Shown here piece by piece: positions 7,798 to 16,811 of a DNA stretch of 20,478 bases (position 1 is its first letter; each line of letters starts with the position of its first letter). This DNA is from a virus, in the UHGV virus genome UHGV-0138524; one strand, written 5' to 3'. The position numbers and the translations under genes were made by a program. A model generated the notes under the pieces. That model did no database searches, was not told the origin of the DNA, and saw only the letters and a list, made by a program, of their open reading frames with translations.

Positions 7798-8337
7798 TCA
7801 AATCAGACCAAACGATGCGCCAATACCGCTCATGGTATCGACCACGCTCGACATAGCTGGATTAGTCTGCAGACGTGCATGCAGCGCCAGAGCCGACAAT
7901 GACAACATGCGAATGCCGGAGTTAACGCTTTCAATCATGTTGTGCTTACGGGCAGTGGTCAGACGTTCATCAGATACCGCGCCGCTCGCCAGTTCGCCGA
8001 GTTCACGCATCGCGCGCATGACATAAGACTGCAATTTGTCTTTAGCCAACTCATTAACCGGCACGCATGGTAGGCAGTGAATCTGCGCTAAAAAACCATC
8101 AATGAGGGTTGAGTCTTCGGTCAGGTCAGTCAGCAGCCACAATTCAGGCGGCGTGAACTGGTGAGGCTGTTCCGGGTTGAGCTTGTTACGTAACGTTTGA
8201 ACGTTCATACCTGCACGCTCGGCCAGCTTCGCCATGTTGTGACGCTGTGCGAAAATGCGGCATGCTTCGTCATAGTGGGGATGTTTGGAAACCTGAAAAT
8301 CAAACATGGTTAAATTCCCTCTAACTTGCATAATCAA
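7798..8337 (-). CDS. B: Replication protein B (P2 gpB-like)
   Basis: 179 aa MIMQVRGNLTMFDFQVSKHPHYDEACRIFAQRHNMAKLAERAGMNVQTLRNKLNPEQPHQF... resembles P2 B. Confidence 0.75.
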   Translation of the reverse strand: MIMQVRGNLTMFDFQVSKHPHYDEACRIFAQRHNMAKLAERAGMNVQTLRNKLNPEQPHQFTPPELWLLTDLTEDSTLIDGFLAQIHCLPCVPVNELAKDKLQSYVMRAMRELGELASGAVSDERLTTARKHNMIESVNSGIRMLSLSALALHARLQTNPAMSSVVDTMSGIGASFGLI

Positions 8338-8339
8338 AT

Positions 8340-8711
8340 TCAGTTAAGAGCGGTGCGCTGGTCGATGTAGCGACAATCAATCGCTTGTTGAGTCAGCTTA
8401 TCGCGCCATGCTTTTACATTTACGAGGGTTCGGCTTCGTTTAGCAGCTTCCTCTTTGTTGGAAAAGTCTTTGGTCGGAGCTTTGAGAAGGACTCCCTCAT
8501 CGAGCCATTGCCAGACCAGACGCTCGCTAACACCGCGAGTAGCGGCGAAGTCTTTCACAGTCATCGTGTCTGACATAGCGGAGCGAATCATTGTCTGTAG
8601 AGCTGGCAGCATGGCGGTAACGATGGCATCAAACTGTGTTGGGTCTAGCAGCACAGTTTGATTTTGTGAGTTTTGCGAGTCGTGCGTCGAGATTGATTTT
8701 GCATCTGACAT
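8340..8711 (-). CDS. Cox/Apl-like helix-turn-helix regulator or excisionase, first gene of the early lytic operon
   Basis: 123 aa with an HTH-like stretch MTVKDFAATRGVSERLVWQWLDEGVL; faces the repressor gene; the true start may be an internal Met. Confidence 0.45.
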   Translation of the reverse strand: MSDAKSISTHDSQNSQNQTVLLDPTQFDAIVTAMLPALQTMIRSAMSDTMTVKDFAATRGVSERLVWQWLDEGVLLKAPTKDFSNKEEAAKRSRTLVNVKAWRDKLTQQAIDCRYIDQRTALN

Positions 8712-8823
8712 ATCGCATTATCTCCTGTTGTTTGAAATGTAGTGCAGTGGTGTGCATCTTGGTCGGTGAGCACCAATATAGATCGCTAAATTTTGGTTGT
8801 AAACAAAATTCTTGTTGGTGTCA

Positions 8824-9670
8824 TATGTCTAAAAATGATGTTAATGCGTCTGCCGCATTGGAACGTGTCCTTTCTGCATACGGCTTTAAGCAGCAAAAGG
8901 AACTAGCCGAAAGGCTTGGCATACATGCAAACAACGTGAGTAGCTGGCTTGCTAGAAACGTAATCCCTAGCAACGTTTTCGTTGAGTGTGCTCTTGATAC
9001 TGGAGCTGACCTGCGATGGCTAATTAATGGTGAGCTTGCAAATGCAAGATTTGAAGTGGTGAAAACTAAGCTTAAAGGTAAGCAACTCTATGATGAAATC
9101 ATGGCAAATGGAGGGAGGGCGGTTCTGCGTCGGATTCTCGATGCGTATGGTTTTACTCTGCAAAAAGAGCTTGGAGATTTATTAGGTATATCTTCCGGCA
9201 CTATAAGCACTTGGGTTAGACGCGATTTTTTCCCCGGTGACGTGGTTGTCACTTGCGCCCTTGATACTGGCGTATCGTTAGAATGGTTATCAACCGGAAA
9301 AGGCCAGATGCGTAACAGTAATGATGGTGAACCGGCAAATGCTTTAACGATTAGAAAGTGCCGCCTCGAGGCTGGCGAACTCAAAGATATCGGACGCTGG
9401 ACTCCTGATATATCTATGGTTCCATCAAATACTGATGATTTAGTGTTTATTGATGGTGTGAGCACATCTTGGCTTGTTGATAGTTCTAACTCGAAGATAG
9501 GAAATGGTCGCTGGCTTATTGGTATTGATGGCGCACTCGATGTTTTTGACGTAATCAGGTTGCCAGGCGGAAAGGTCAGGTTATCAAATAAGTCTGCTGA
9601 GTTTGAATGTAATATTTCAGATATCACACCATCAGGTGCGGTTATTTTTACTTTGGAAAAGCATGTTTAA
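8824..9670 (+). CDS. CI-type immunity repressor (186 CI-like) with a tandemly duplicated N-terminal DNA-binding domain
   Basis: From the internal ATG at 8824 (MSKNDV...); repeat 1 LERVLSAYGFKQQKELAERLGIHANNVSSWLARNVIPSNVFVECALDTGADLRWLINGE and repeat 2 LRRILDAYGFTLQKELGDLLGISSGTISTWVRRDFFPGDVVVTCALDTGVSLEWLSTGK; the track ORF starts at 8636, inside the upstream gene. Confidence 0.65.
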
Positions 9671-9679
9671 GGAGCAGTA

Positions 9680-10018
9680 ATGAAAAAGTTTATATTTGCG
9701 ATAGTCTGCATTGCACTTTCTTCCTCAGCCATAGCCGCTGAGAAGTTTAAAGAGATAGACGGCGCTGCATATGGTGACAAGTGGCCTCTAACCTTTGAAA
9801 AGGCAAAGGTATCATGTGTTAACCGTGCTTATGCTTTTGTGTATGACATCAAAACTGATGATAGATATCCTCTGAATGGCATGGCGGTAGATGCTGTTAA
9901 ATCAGGAAAGCTGGAGGGGTCTAACTTAGATGACGTATGGAAGGATGACCCTGAGTATGACGGCGTTAAAATTTCAATTTCACCGGTGATTGATGCCGCT
10001 ACAGCCCTTTGTAATTAA
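9680..10018 (+). CDS. Secreted or periplasmic small protein (DUF2511/YebY-like, assigned from memory); moron between the repressor and int
   Basis: N-terminal signal peptide MKKFIFAIVCIALSSSAIAAE; GGAG 7 nt upstream of the ATG. Confidence 0.55.
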   Translation: MKKFIFAIVCIALSSSAIAAEKFKEIDGAAYGDKWPLTFEKAKVSCVNRAYAFVYDIKTDDRYPLNGMAVDAVKSGKLEGSNLDDVWKDDPEYDGVKISISPVIDAATALCN

Positions 10019-10042
10019 TTTTCTTTTAGCCTCGGTATCGCA

Positions 10043-11092
10043 ATGACTGTAAGTAAACAAAAAAGTGGAAAATGGTTGTGTGAACTCTATCCAAATGGTC
10101 GAGAAGGGCGGCGTATACGTCGGCAGTTCAATACCAAAGGTGAGGCCGAGGCATTTGAAGCATTTACCAAAAGCGAGAGTGAAGATAAGCCGTGGCTCGG
10201 CAAGAAAGAAGACCGCCGACGCTTAAGCGAGATTATTCAGCTTTGGCACAATTTGCACGGTCAAGCGTTAGTCGCCAGTAAGTCGAGATTTGCAAAGCTT
10301 CAAATCGTATGTAATGGACTTGGCGACCCGATTGCATCTCGCCTTACCGCGAAAGACTGGGCTCATTATCGTGACCGTCGATTACGTGGTGAAATAGACA
10401 ATGGTTATCATAAAGACCCCTCGAAATGGATCGCCAAACCTATAACCGTCAATCGCGAACAACAATACCTAGAAGCAGTGTTTAATGAGCTCCGCCGGTT
10501 AGGGGAGTGGAGCCTACCCAATCCACTTGATGGGATCCGAGTATTCAAAGAAGCTGAGAAAGAAATGTCCTGGCTAACTTTGTCTCAGCTCCCGGAGCTG
10601 TTTCGAGCCTGCGAGCAATACGGCAAAGAAGACCTCACCATGATTGTTAAGGTGTGCCTTGCAACCGGCGCTCGATGGGGGGAAGCGGAGAGATTGACCC
10701 GACCTCAACTTTCTCCATATAAACTAACGTTCACCAAAACCAAAGGTAAGAAGAATCGCACAGTTCCTATTCCTAAATGGCTGTACGACGAGTTGTCCGT
10801 ACGTCAAGGCAGAATGTTTAAACCCTGCTATCAGGAGTTTAAAAAGATGCTCAAACTAACGAATATTGAATTGACGGAAGGGCAGAAGACGCACGTTTTG
10901 CGTCATACTTTTGGTGCGCATTTTATGATGAACGGAGGGAATATACTGGTGCTGCAGAAAATTCTCGGACATGCCAATATTCGAGAAACAATGAAGTATG
11001 CGCACTTTGCTCCTGACCACCTTGAACAAGCTGTAACCCTCAATCCGTTATCGCTGTATGTTGGCGACAATGTGGCGGCAGAGGTTGCATAA
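10043..11092 (+). CDS. int: Tyrosine integrase (P2/186 family)
   Basis: 349 aa; N-terminus ...GKWLCELYPNGREGRRIRRQFNTKGEAEAFE; catalytic-region signature VLRHTFGAHFMMNGGNILVLQKILGHANIRETMKYAH. Confidence 0.85.
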   Translation: MTVSKQKSGKWLCELYPNGREGRRIRRQFNTKGEAEAFEAFTKSESEDKPWLGKKEDRRRLSEIIQLWHNLHGQALVASKSRFAKLQIVCNGLGDPIASRLTAKDWAHYRDRRLRGEIDNGYHKDPSKWIAKPITVNREQQYLEAVFNELRRLGEWSLPNPLDGIRVFKEAEKEMSWLTLSQLPELFRACEQYGKEDLTMIVKVCLATGARWGEAERLTRPQLSPYKLTFTKTKGKKNRTVPIPKWLYDELSVRQGRMFKPCYQEFKKMLKLTNIELTEGQKTHVLRHTFGAHFMMNGGNILVLQKILGHANIRETMKYAHFAPDHLEQAVTLNPLSLYVGDNVAAEVA

Positions 11093-11227
11093 CACTGCAA
11101 TTCACTGCATTAAAAATTACTTTAACTAGTTGTTTTATATGGTAAGTGTTTGTTCGCTGTGGGGTGTTAATAGGAGCGTCTTAACTGATAACGTATTCGC
11201 GCTACATCCAAAGCGTGTTATGAAACA

Positions 11228-11257
11228 AGGGGTTAGCGAATTGCTAACCCCTTTTTT
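11228..11257 (+). terminator. Rho-independent terminator downstream of int
   Basis: Stem AGGGGTTAGC / GCTAACCCCT with loop GAATT, followed by T6. Confidence 0.6.
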
Positions 11258-11310
11258 ATTGGTGGTGGCGGCAAATTGGCGGCAGAGGTTGGAGCGATGG
11301 CGACAGATAT

Positions 11311-11331
11311 AAAAAAACCTGCCGAAGCAGG
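11311..11331 (-). terminator. Rho-independent terminator downstream of ogr
   Basis: On the minus strand: CCTGC-TTCG-GCAGG followed by T7, just after the ogr stop. Confidence 0.55.
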
Positions 11332-11332
11332 T

Positions 11333-11551
11333 TCAAAGCCAAAGTTGCTGTTGTTGGTTTCTGATGGGGTGTGGCGGAGCAGGATCAACAGTACCCGGTT
11401 TCACAATGAATCTTGATAGCGTCTCAAAAGTGATAAATGTACATCCGCAATTTATGTTCTGGCACTGGTGATAACGTTCTTTTGTTTCGGTGCTAAGGTA
11501 CCGGCTAGTGCGAGCATGTGCGGCGTTTTGGCATAACGGGCAGTGCATCAT
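11333..11551 (-). CDS. ogr: Ogr/Delta-family zinc-finger late-gene activator
   Basis: 72 aa MMHCPLCQNAAHARTSRYLSTETKERYHQCQNINCGCTFITFETLSRFIVKPG... closely resembles P2 Ogr; GGGGA upstream of this Met; the track ORF starts 15 codons further upstream. Confidence 0.85.
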   Translation of the reverse strand: MMHCPLCQNAAHARTSRYLSTETKERYHQCQNINCGCTFITFETLSRFIVKPGTVDPAPPHPIRNQQQQLWL

Positions 11552-11626
11552 AATTATTTCCCCTGCTGGCGTATCTGAGGGAATAATAAACTTCAAAATT
11601 GCATTTGCAAGTTTTGGTTTGCTTTT

Positions 11627-12796
11627 TCACTCCTCATTTTCTTCTGAGCTGTACTCCACATCGGAGAGTTTAACCTCAAGCTCTAAGCCCGTCGTGAAAC
11701 CGTTATTATTGAGGTTGTGGGTCACCTTGCTGATTAACCATGCCTGCTCGTCTATGACGCGCTTAAAGCCTGACACGCGTACAGGCGTCTCAGGAAATAA
11801 ATCCGCTCGCCCTAGCGCCAGTGTGATTGAAAACTCCGCAACACCTCGCTGCAGTTTATCCCACTTAGCCTGAGCGGCGCGCATCGCCTGTGCCTTTGAG
11901 GCATAGACTGTCGTCAGCGCCAGCACGTTATCGGCTTCACCGGCCATGTACTCACCCTCACGTGCTTCCTGTTCTTTTTTGACCTTTGTCTTTTTGCTGA
12001 CCGGCTTTGCTTTTGGGTGTTCCAGTGCGCGCAGGTGCTTCTCTTTTGGCTTGCGTTTCAGCGTTACTTTCTGCTTTTGTGGCTTCGGGTCTTTGGTGTG
12101 CAACCATTTAGCAGTGACGCCGGTATAAGCCCCACGGTCGGCAATGGCAAACTGATGACGGTCACCATCACTGCGGGTCAGCGTCATTTGCGGGACGGGT
12201 TTGCCGCTGGCCGTCATCGCACTACCGGCTTTCAGAAACAACAGTTTCCCTGCCTTCACCGATACCGTTGCCCCGTTGCGGTCAGCCAGTCGACTCAAAA
12301 ATACCGCGTCGGATTCCTGCGACTGGTCGATATGCGGTACCGGGATTTTTTTCAGCGATTCCGCAATGCTGGCCGTCAGTTTGTTGCGCTTTGCGATGGT
12401 ACTGACCAGTTCGCCGATGGTGGTGTCGTGCCATGACTCTTCACGCCTGGAATTTAGCGTGCCGCGAAAGTCCGCGCTGCGCGCCCGGATGGTCAGGGTA
12501 TCAGGAGCCCCCCGGTGCTCAATCTCATCGACCGTAAAATCCCCCTTATTCAGCAGCGCCGAACCCTGCCAGCCAAGCCACAACGTCAGCACTGCCCCGC
12601 GCAGGGGTAACTCGACTTTCCCATCGGTGTCATCGAGCTCAATGTCGAGCTGGTCAGCTTCAAAGCCCCTATTGTCCGTCATGGTGAGAGAAATCAGCCG
12701 GTCGCTGAAGTTGCTGGTAATGTCCTGACTGTTCAGCGTCAGCATAAAAGCCGGTGCAAGGCTGGCACCGGCGTCAATTGCCATCCCCGTTATCAT
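11627..12796 (-). CDS. D: Tail protein D (P2 gpD-like late control/tail protein)
   Basis: 389-aa ORF in conserved P2 order (ogr-D-U-T); sequence resembles gpD. Confidence 0.8.
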   Translation of the reverse strand: MITGMAIDAGASLAPAFMLTLNSQDITSNFSDRLISLTMTDNRGFEADQLDIELDDTDGKVELPLRGAVLTLWLGWQGSALLNKGDFTVDEIEHRGAPDTLTIRARSADFRGTLNSRREESWHDTTIGELVSTIAKRNKLTASIAESLKKIPVPHIDQSQESDAVFLSRLADRNGATVSVKAGKLLFLKAGSAMTASGKPVPQMTLTRSDGDRHQFAIADRGAYTGVTAKWLHTKDPKPQKQKVTLKRKPKEKHLRALEHPKAKPVSKKTKVKKEQEAREGEYMAGEADNVLALTTVYASKAQAMRAAQAKWDKLQRGVAEFSITLALGRADLFPETPVRVSGFKRVIDEQAWLISKVTHNLNNNGFTTGLELEVKLSDVEYSSEENEE

Positions 12797-13278
12797 GCAG
12801 TGAAACCTCCGGGCATACCCTGCAGTTTATCTGTCAAATTACCGGCAGAGCCGAGAAGCTCACTGGCCTGTTTATTCAGGTCACCAAACATCTCTGTCAG
12901 CGATTCATCAACCCGTTTTAGCGAAAGCGTGAAATCAATCTTTCTGGCCGCACCATCACTGAAAAACTCGGTGCGTGTAGTCGATACTTTATCGACGATA
13001 TACATCCCGAGGATATTTCCGGTTCCCTCTATCAACGGCCACGCTCTGCCTTCATTGGCCATCACCTCTACAGCCTTAAGTGAGATCCAACCGCCAGTGA
13101 TAGCGGGGTATAGCGTACCAGCAAGCTGTATAGAGGTTTCCCCCTCGCCAAGAAACTGATAGGCAGGTGGTTTACCCACCCGGTCATTGGACACCCAGCG
13201 ATAATCTTTCGAATGCTGCATCGACTGGTAAGGCAGGGTGCGAAGTTCAAACACAAACATTCCGAGAGCAAGCATCAT
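12793..13278 (-). CDS. U: Tail protein U (P2 gpU-like)
   Basis: 161-aa ORF overlapping the D start; order and sequence resemble gpU. Confidence 0.8.
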   Translation of the reverse strand: MMLALGMFVFELRTLPYQSMQHSKDYRWVSNDRVGKPPAYQFLGEGETSIQLAGTLYPAITGGWISLKAVEVMANEGRAWPLIEGTGNILGMYIVDKVSTTRTEFFSDGAARKIDFTLSLKRVDESLTEMFGDLNKQASELLGSAGNLTDKLQGMPGGFTA

Positions 13279-13291
13279 CGTTTAATCCCCC

Positions 13292-15734
13292 TCAATAGTC
13301 GTGGGTCATGTTGGCACGCTGGCGGGCGCGTTTATCGCGCTCAATCTGTTCGAGCGTGTCGCGTAGTTGTCTGTCAAGCTGATGCCCCGGCGCAACACCT
13401 CCCGGCAGATTGATGTTGTATTCGCTTTTGCTCTGGTCAATGTAAGAGCGCCCCGCCGGTGCGGTAACTGGCTGATAAGCCTGATAGCCGCCATATGTGC
13501 TGGTTGCCGGGATGTAGGAATTACCCTGTGTGGCGGCATTGGTTTTGGCGGCGGTCTGGTCGAGGCTGTCCGACTCTTTGTTGATGATGCCGAGCTTTTC
13601 GAGAAGCCAGTCGACACCGCTGCGCAGCTTGTTAAAAACATTGAGCGGAGCCATCAAGGCAGAGGCCAGTGCCTGACCAAATATGACGCCGACACTTTTG
13701 CAGCTATCAAGCGTTTCCTGCGTGGCCTTAACCGGTGCTATCAGGTCTTTAAACCACTGCCAGACGCCGCGCAGTTTCTCGCCGAGACCATCAAAAATGG
13801 GAGCCAGTGGAGCGAACATTTCCCCGACTGGGGCAAAGGCACTCATGATGCCCTCAATCACTCCCGAGAAAAATGCGCTGATGGGCTCCCAATATTTACG
13901 GATGAGTAGCGCCCCCGCCACAATCGCCGCACCGACGGCCACTATCGGCCAGGTAATCGCACCGAGCGCTGTCGCAATGGCACTACCGACGACAGTAAAG
14001 ACCGTACCCAGCACGCCAGCAGCGGCGATAATGGCATTAATCCCCATGACAACCGGCCACGCAACGAGACCAATGCCGCCGATGATACCAATCAGCGCCA
14101 GCGCACCACCGGCGATGATGCCGATAGTTTCCGCTAACTCCTTGTTGTCTTTGATCCAGTCATCAAGCTTTAGCACATACCGTGTTGCTGTCTGAGTTAG
14201 CTGACGCAATGAGCTATCTTGCTGGTCGTAGAGGTCGGTACCGACGGCCTCATAAGCGGATTGAAACTCTTTGAAGTCGCCACCTAAGTTATCCTGCATA
14301 ATTTTAACAAGCTCTGCGGTTTTTCCGTCTGAGGCTTTCAGGGTGGAGGTTAGCTGGTCAAGTTTGCCGGTTGAGGCGGCAGTCATGAGCACCGCCGCCG
14401 CCGAACTGGCTTCCTCACCGAATATCGTTTTCATGTATTCGGCTTGTTGACCGGTGCCGAGATTGTTACGCTCAAAACTGGCCTGCATTTCCTTGAGGAT
14501 GGTAAAAATCGGGCGCGTGTTGCCTTTACTGTCGGAAGTTTTGACCCCCAGCTCCTTAAGCGCATCCCACGCTTTACCGGTCGGAGCCTGCAGGCGGCTT
14601 AAAACCGCACGGCTCCCGGTGCCGGCCATCGAGCCGGTGATTTTGGCGTCATGCAGGGCGCCCACCATTGCGGCAGTTTCTTCAATGCTGACACCGGCAT
14701 TTTTCGCCACCGGCGCGGCGTATGTCAGCGCATCGCTCAGCCCGTCGAAATCGGCAGCAGTTTTATTCATCACCGTCGACAGAACGTCGCCAATGTGCGC
14801 CACCTTGTCATTGGAAAGCTGAAACGCAGAGCGCATCCCCATCAGTAATGCGGCGTTTTCTTCCATCGTGCGACGGTTGGCAAGCGCCATATTGAGGGTG
14901 ACCGGTGTCGTCGCCTGAATGGCTGCCGCATCGCCGCCCCCTTTGGCGATAATAATCTGCGCACTGGCTGCATCATCAGCAGAAGCGGCTGTATTGTCAC
15001 CGAGCTGGCGTGCCTGTTTGCGTAGCGCCTCCATTTCTGGCGACTGCTTATCGACCCCGAGCACGGCCTGCAGCTCGGAATTTTTCTGCGCAAAGTCATA
15101 ACCGGGCATCAGTAATTTCACCCCGGCCATCGTTCCCGCTGTCGCGATACCTACCCCGGCAGCCCCTGCAGCGGCCATGTTACCGGCAAGCTCCTTGCCT
15201 GATTTATATCGCTCTTTCACCCGGCCTAATTTCGCCTGCTGCGCACTGACGCGCGAGTGCCTCACGCTGGCGGTTAAGCTGCGCCGTCGTTTCGCTGATG
15301 GAGGTTTTGAGCCGACGCTCATCGGCAGAAAGGGTGCGGGTATTAATACCGGCCTGCATCAGTTCGGAGCGCTGGCGCTGTACAGACGTTCTCAGACTGT
15401 TGTACTTCGTCTGTAGCTCAGAGGCAGCACGCTTTGCCGCTTCGAGTGCCTGCGCCTGCGCGCGGGTCGGACTGGTGGAGTTTTTAAACTGCACGGCCAG
15501 TTCACCGGCTTCGCGTTTCGCTTTCTCAAGCGCCTGACTGGTCACGGCCAGTTGCGCACTGGCCTTACGAAAGCCGTCGATTTTTGACGCCTGACCATTC
15601 AGGTCACGCAGCCCTTTTTGTGTTTCGCGAATATCGCCCGACAGGGTTTTACTCGCGGTCTGGATGGATTTAAGCGGTCGGGTCGCCTGGTCGACCGCTT
15701 TCAGCAAAACCTCAAGTCTCAGGTTATTACTCAT
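13292..15734 (-). CDS. T: Tail tape measure protein (P2 gpT-like), frame interrupted near 15250-15256 (two overlapping ORFs, 15734->15204 and 15322->13292); possible pseudogene
   Basis: N-terminal ORF ends ...NRQREALARQCAAGEIRPGERAI*; the second frame continues ...RVSAQQAKLGRVKERYKSGKELAGN...; hydrophobic Gly/Ala-rich segments typical of tape measure proteins. Confidence 0.75.
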
Positions 15735-16214
15735 TGTGGTGTCCGCTACGCTGCAGCGCCTTTTCGCGCCATGTGATGAGCTCGGTCAGGCTCAGGGAAT
15801 AGAGCTCTGATAGCGGCCAGTGGAATATCACCGCGATATCCGCCATCAGGTCATCGGTCGACAGGTCGGGCGGGAAATCTACTCCGCCGAAGCCGGTGAC
15901 AAAAAACCAATCACCTTAGCGGCCAGCGACAGCATATCGGGCAGGTTCATTGCGGTAAGCTCCTGCGCCGTAAGCGCGGGGTAGGTCATGCGTGGCAATA
16001 CCTTAATCAGCGCATCGACTTCGGACTGCGCCACCGCTGCCAGACTGACACCGCGCAGGGTACCGGCGTTCGGCTCAATCAGTGTGACTTTATCAATCGT
16101 CTGACCGGCGCGCTTAATCGGCTTGTCGAGGGTCACGACGTTCGGGTTTACGGTGTCAATTTCATTGCCAGCCATATCAACAAATTCAGCGGTTTTACGT
16201 GGTGCTTTTGCCAT
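15727..16214 (-). CDS. E': E+E' fusion produced by programmed -1 ribosomal frameshift
   Basis: Slippery TTTTTTG on the minus strand (plus 15900-15906); the -1 frame continues FFVTGFGGVDFPPDLSTDDLMADIAVIFHWPLSELYSLSLTELITWREKALQRSGHHNE* and its stop overlaps the T start (ATGAGTAA). Confidence 0.65.
15879..16214 (-). CDS. E: Tail assembly chaperone E (P2 gpE-like)
   Basis: 111-aa ORF ending ...DMLSLAAKVIGFLSPASAE; position between FII and T. Confidence 0.75.
   Translation of the reverse strand: MAKAPRKTAEFVDMAGNEIDTVNPNVVTLDKPIKRAGQTIDKVTLIEPNAGTLRGVSLAAVAQSEVDALIKVLPRMTYPALTAQELTAMNLPDMLSLAAKVIGFLSPASAE
15900..15906 (-). promoter_or_regulatory. Slippery heptamer for the E/E' programmed -1 frameshift
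   Basis: T6G run on the coding strand near the 3' end of E, as in P2 and lambda G/GT. Confidence 0.6.
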
Positions 16215-16277
16215 GATGTTTTTCTCTGCTCTGAATGGGGATTAATAACCGGCCAGCAGTGCTGACCGGTCAGGGAA

Positions 16278-16796
16278 TTACAGCCCGATTGCGCGGCGGT
16301 GCTGTTCCAGACGGTCGACGCCGTTCACCTTCTCAACCATGTTGACGGTATCGATTTCGATGACGTCGCTACCATCAATCGTGAGGCGGTAATAGGTGCA
16401 TACGGTCGACAGTTTGGTCGAGGTGTTTTCACCCTGCTTATTCTCGCCGCCGTCGATTTCTTTATGACGGCCACGCATGACCACCTCGACCGCCACGATT
16501 TCGCCAGTGTCGTCACGTTGGTAAGAGCCAGCAAAACGCAACGGCACAGCGTCAGCACCCGGCGCGGCGTACTGCGCCCACAGCGCCACATCAGGCAGGC
16601 CACCGACAGACCATTCGACGGTGAGCGCATCATCGTCGAGACCAAGGTCAATCGCCGCCGCGCCATTCATGCCGCCGCCGCGATAGTTTTCGAGCTTGCG
16701 GGTCAGCTTCGGCAGCGTCACGGATTCAACAACGCCCATGTAGCTAAGGCCGTCATTGAACATGTTCAGATATTTAAGTTTGCGGGGTAGTGCCAT
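16278..16796 (-). CDS. FII: Tail tube protein (P2 gpFII-like)
   Basis: 172-aa ORF directly downstream of the sheath gene; sequence resembles FII. Confidence 0.8.
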   Translation of the reverse strand: MALPRKLKYLNMFNDGLSYMGVVESVTLPKLTRKLENYRGGGMNGAAAIDLGLDDDALTVEWSVGGLPDVALWAQYAAPGADAVPLRFAGSYQRDDTGEIVAVEVVMRGRHKEIDGGENKQGENTSTKLSTVCTYYRLTIDGSDVIEIDTVNMVEKVNGVDRLEQHRRAIGL

Positions 16797-16811
16797 GTTG
16801 TTTCAGGCTCC

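Noticed and set aside
8636-8823. N-terminal extension of the repressor ORF (track start 8636)
   Set aside because: It overlaps the divergently oriented Cox/Apl-like gene and the switch region; the repressor is taken to start at the ATG at 8824.
11130-11873. ORFs 11130..11312 (plus) and 11490..11873 (plus), and the upstream extension of ogr to 11596
   Set aside because: They cover the att/terminator region or are antisense to ogr and D; Ogr homology begins at MMHCPLC (start 11551).
11946-15537. Plus-strand ORFs across D, U and T (11946..12128, 12017..12436, 12201..12728, 12800..13159, 13213..13413, 13367..13909, 13683..14195, 14454..14822, 14651..14848, 14919..15101, 15010..15249, 15177..15416, 15298..15537) and minus-strand 13068..13271, 13306..13641, 14842..15099
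   Set aside because: Alternative frames of GC-rich tail genes whose correct frames match P2 D, U and T.
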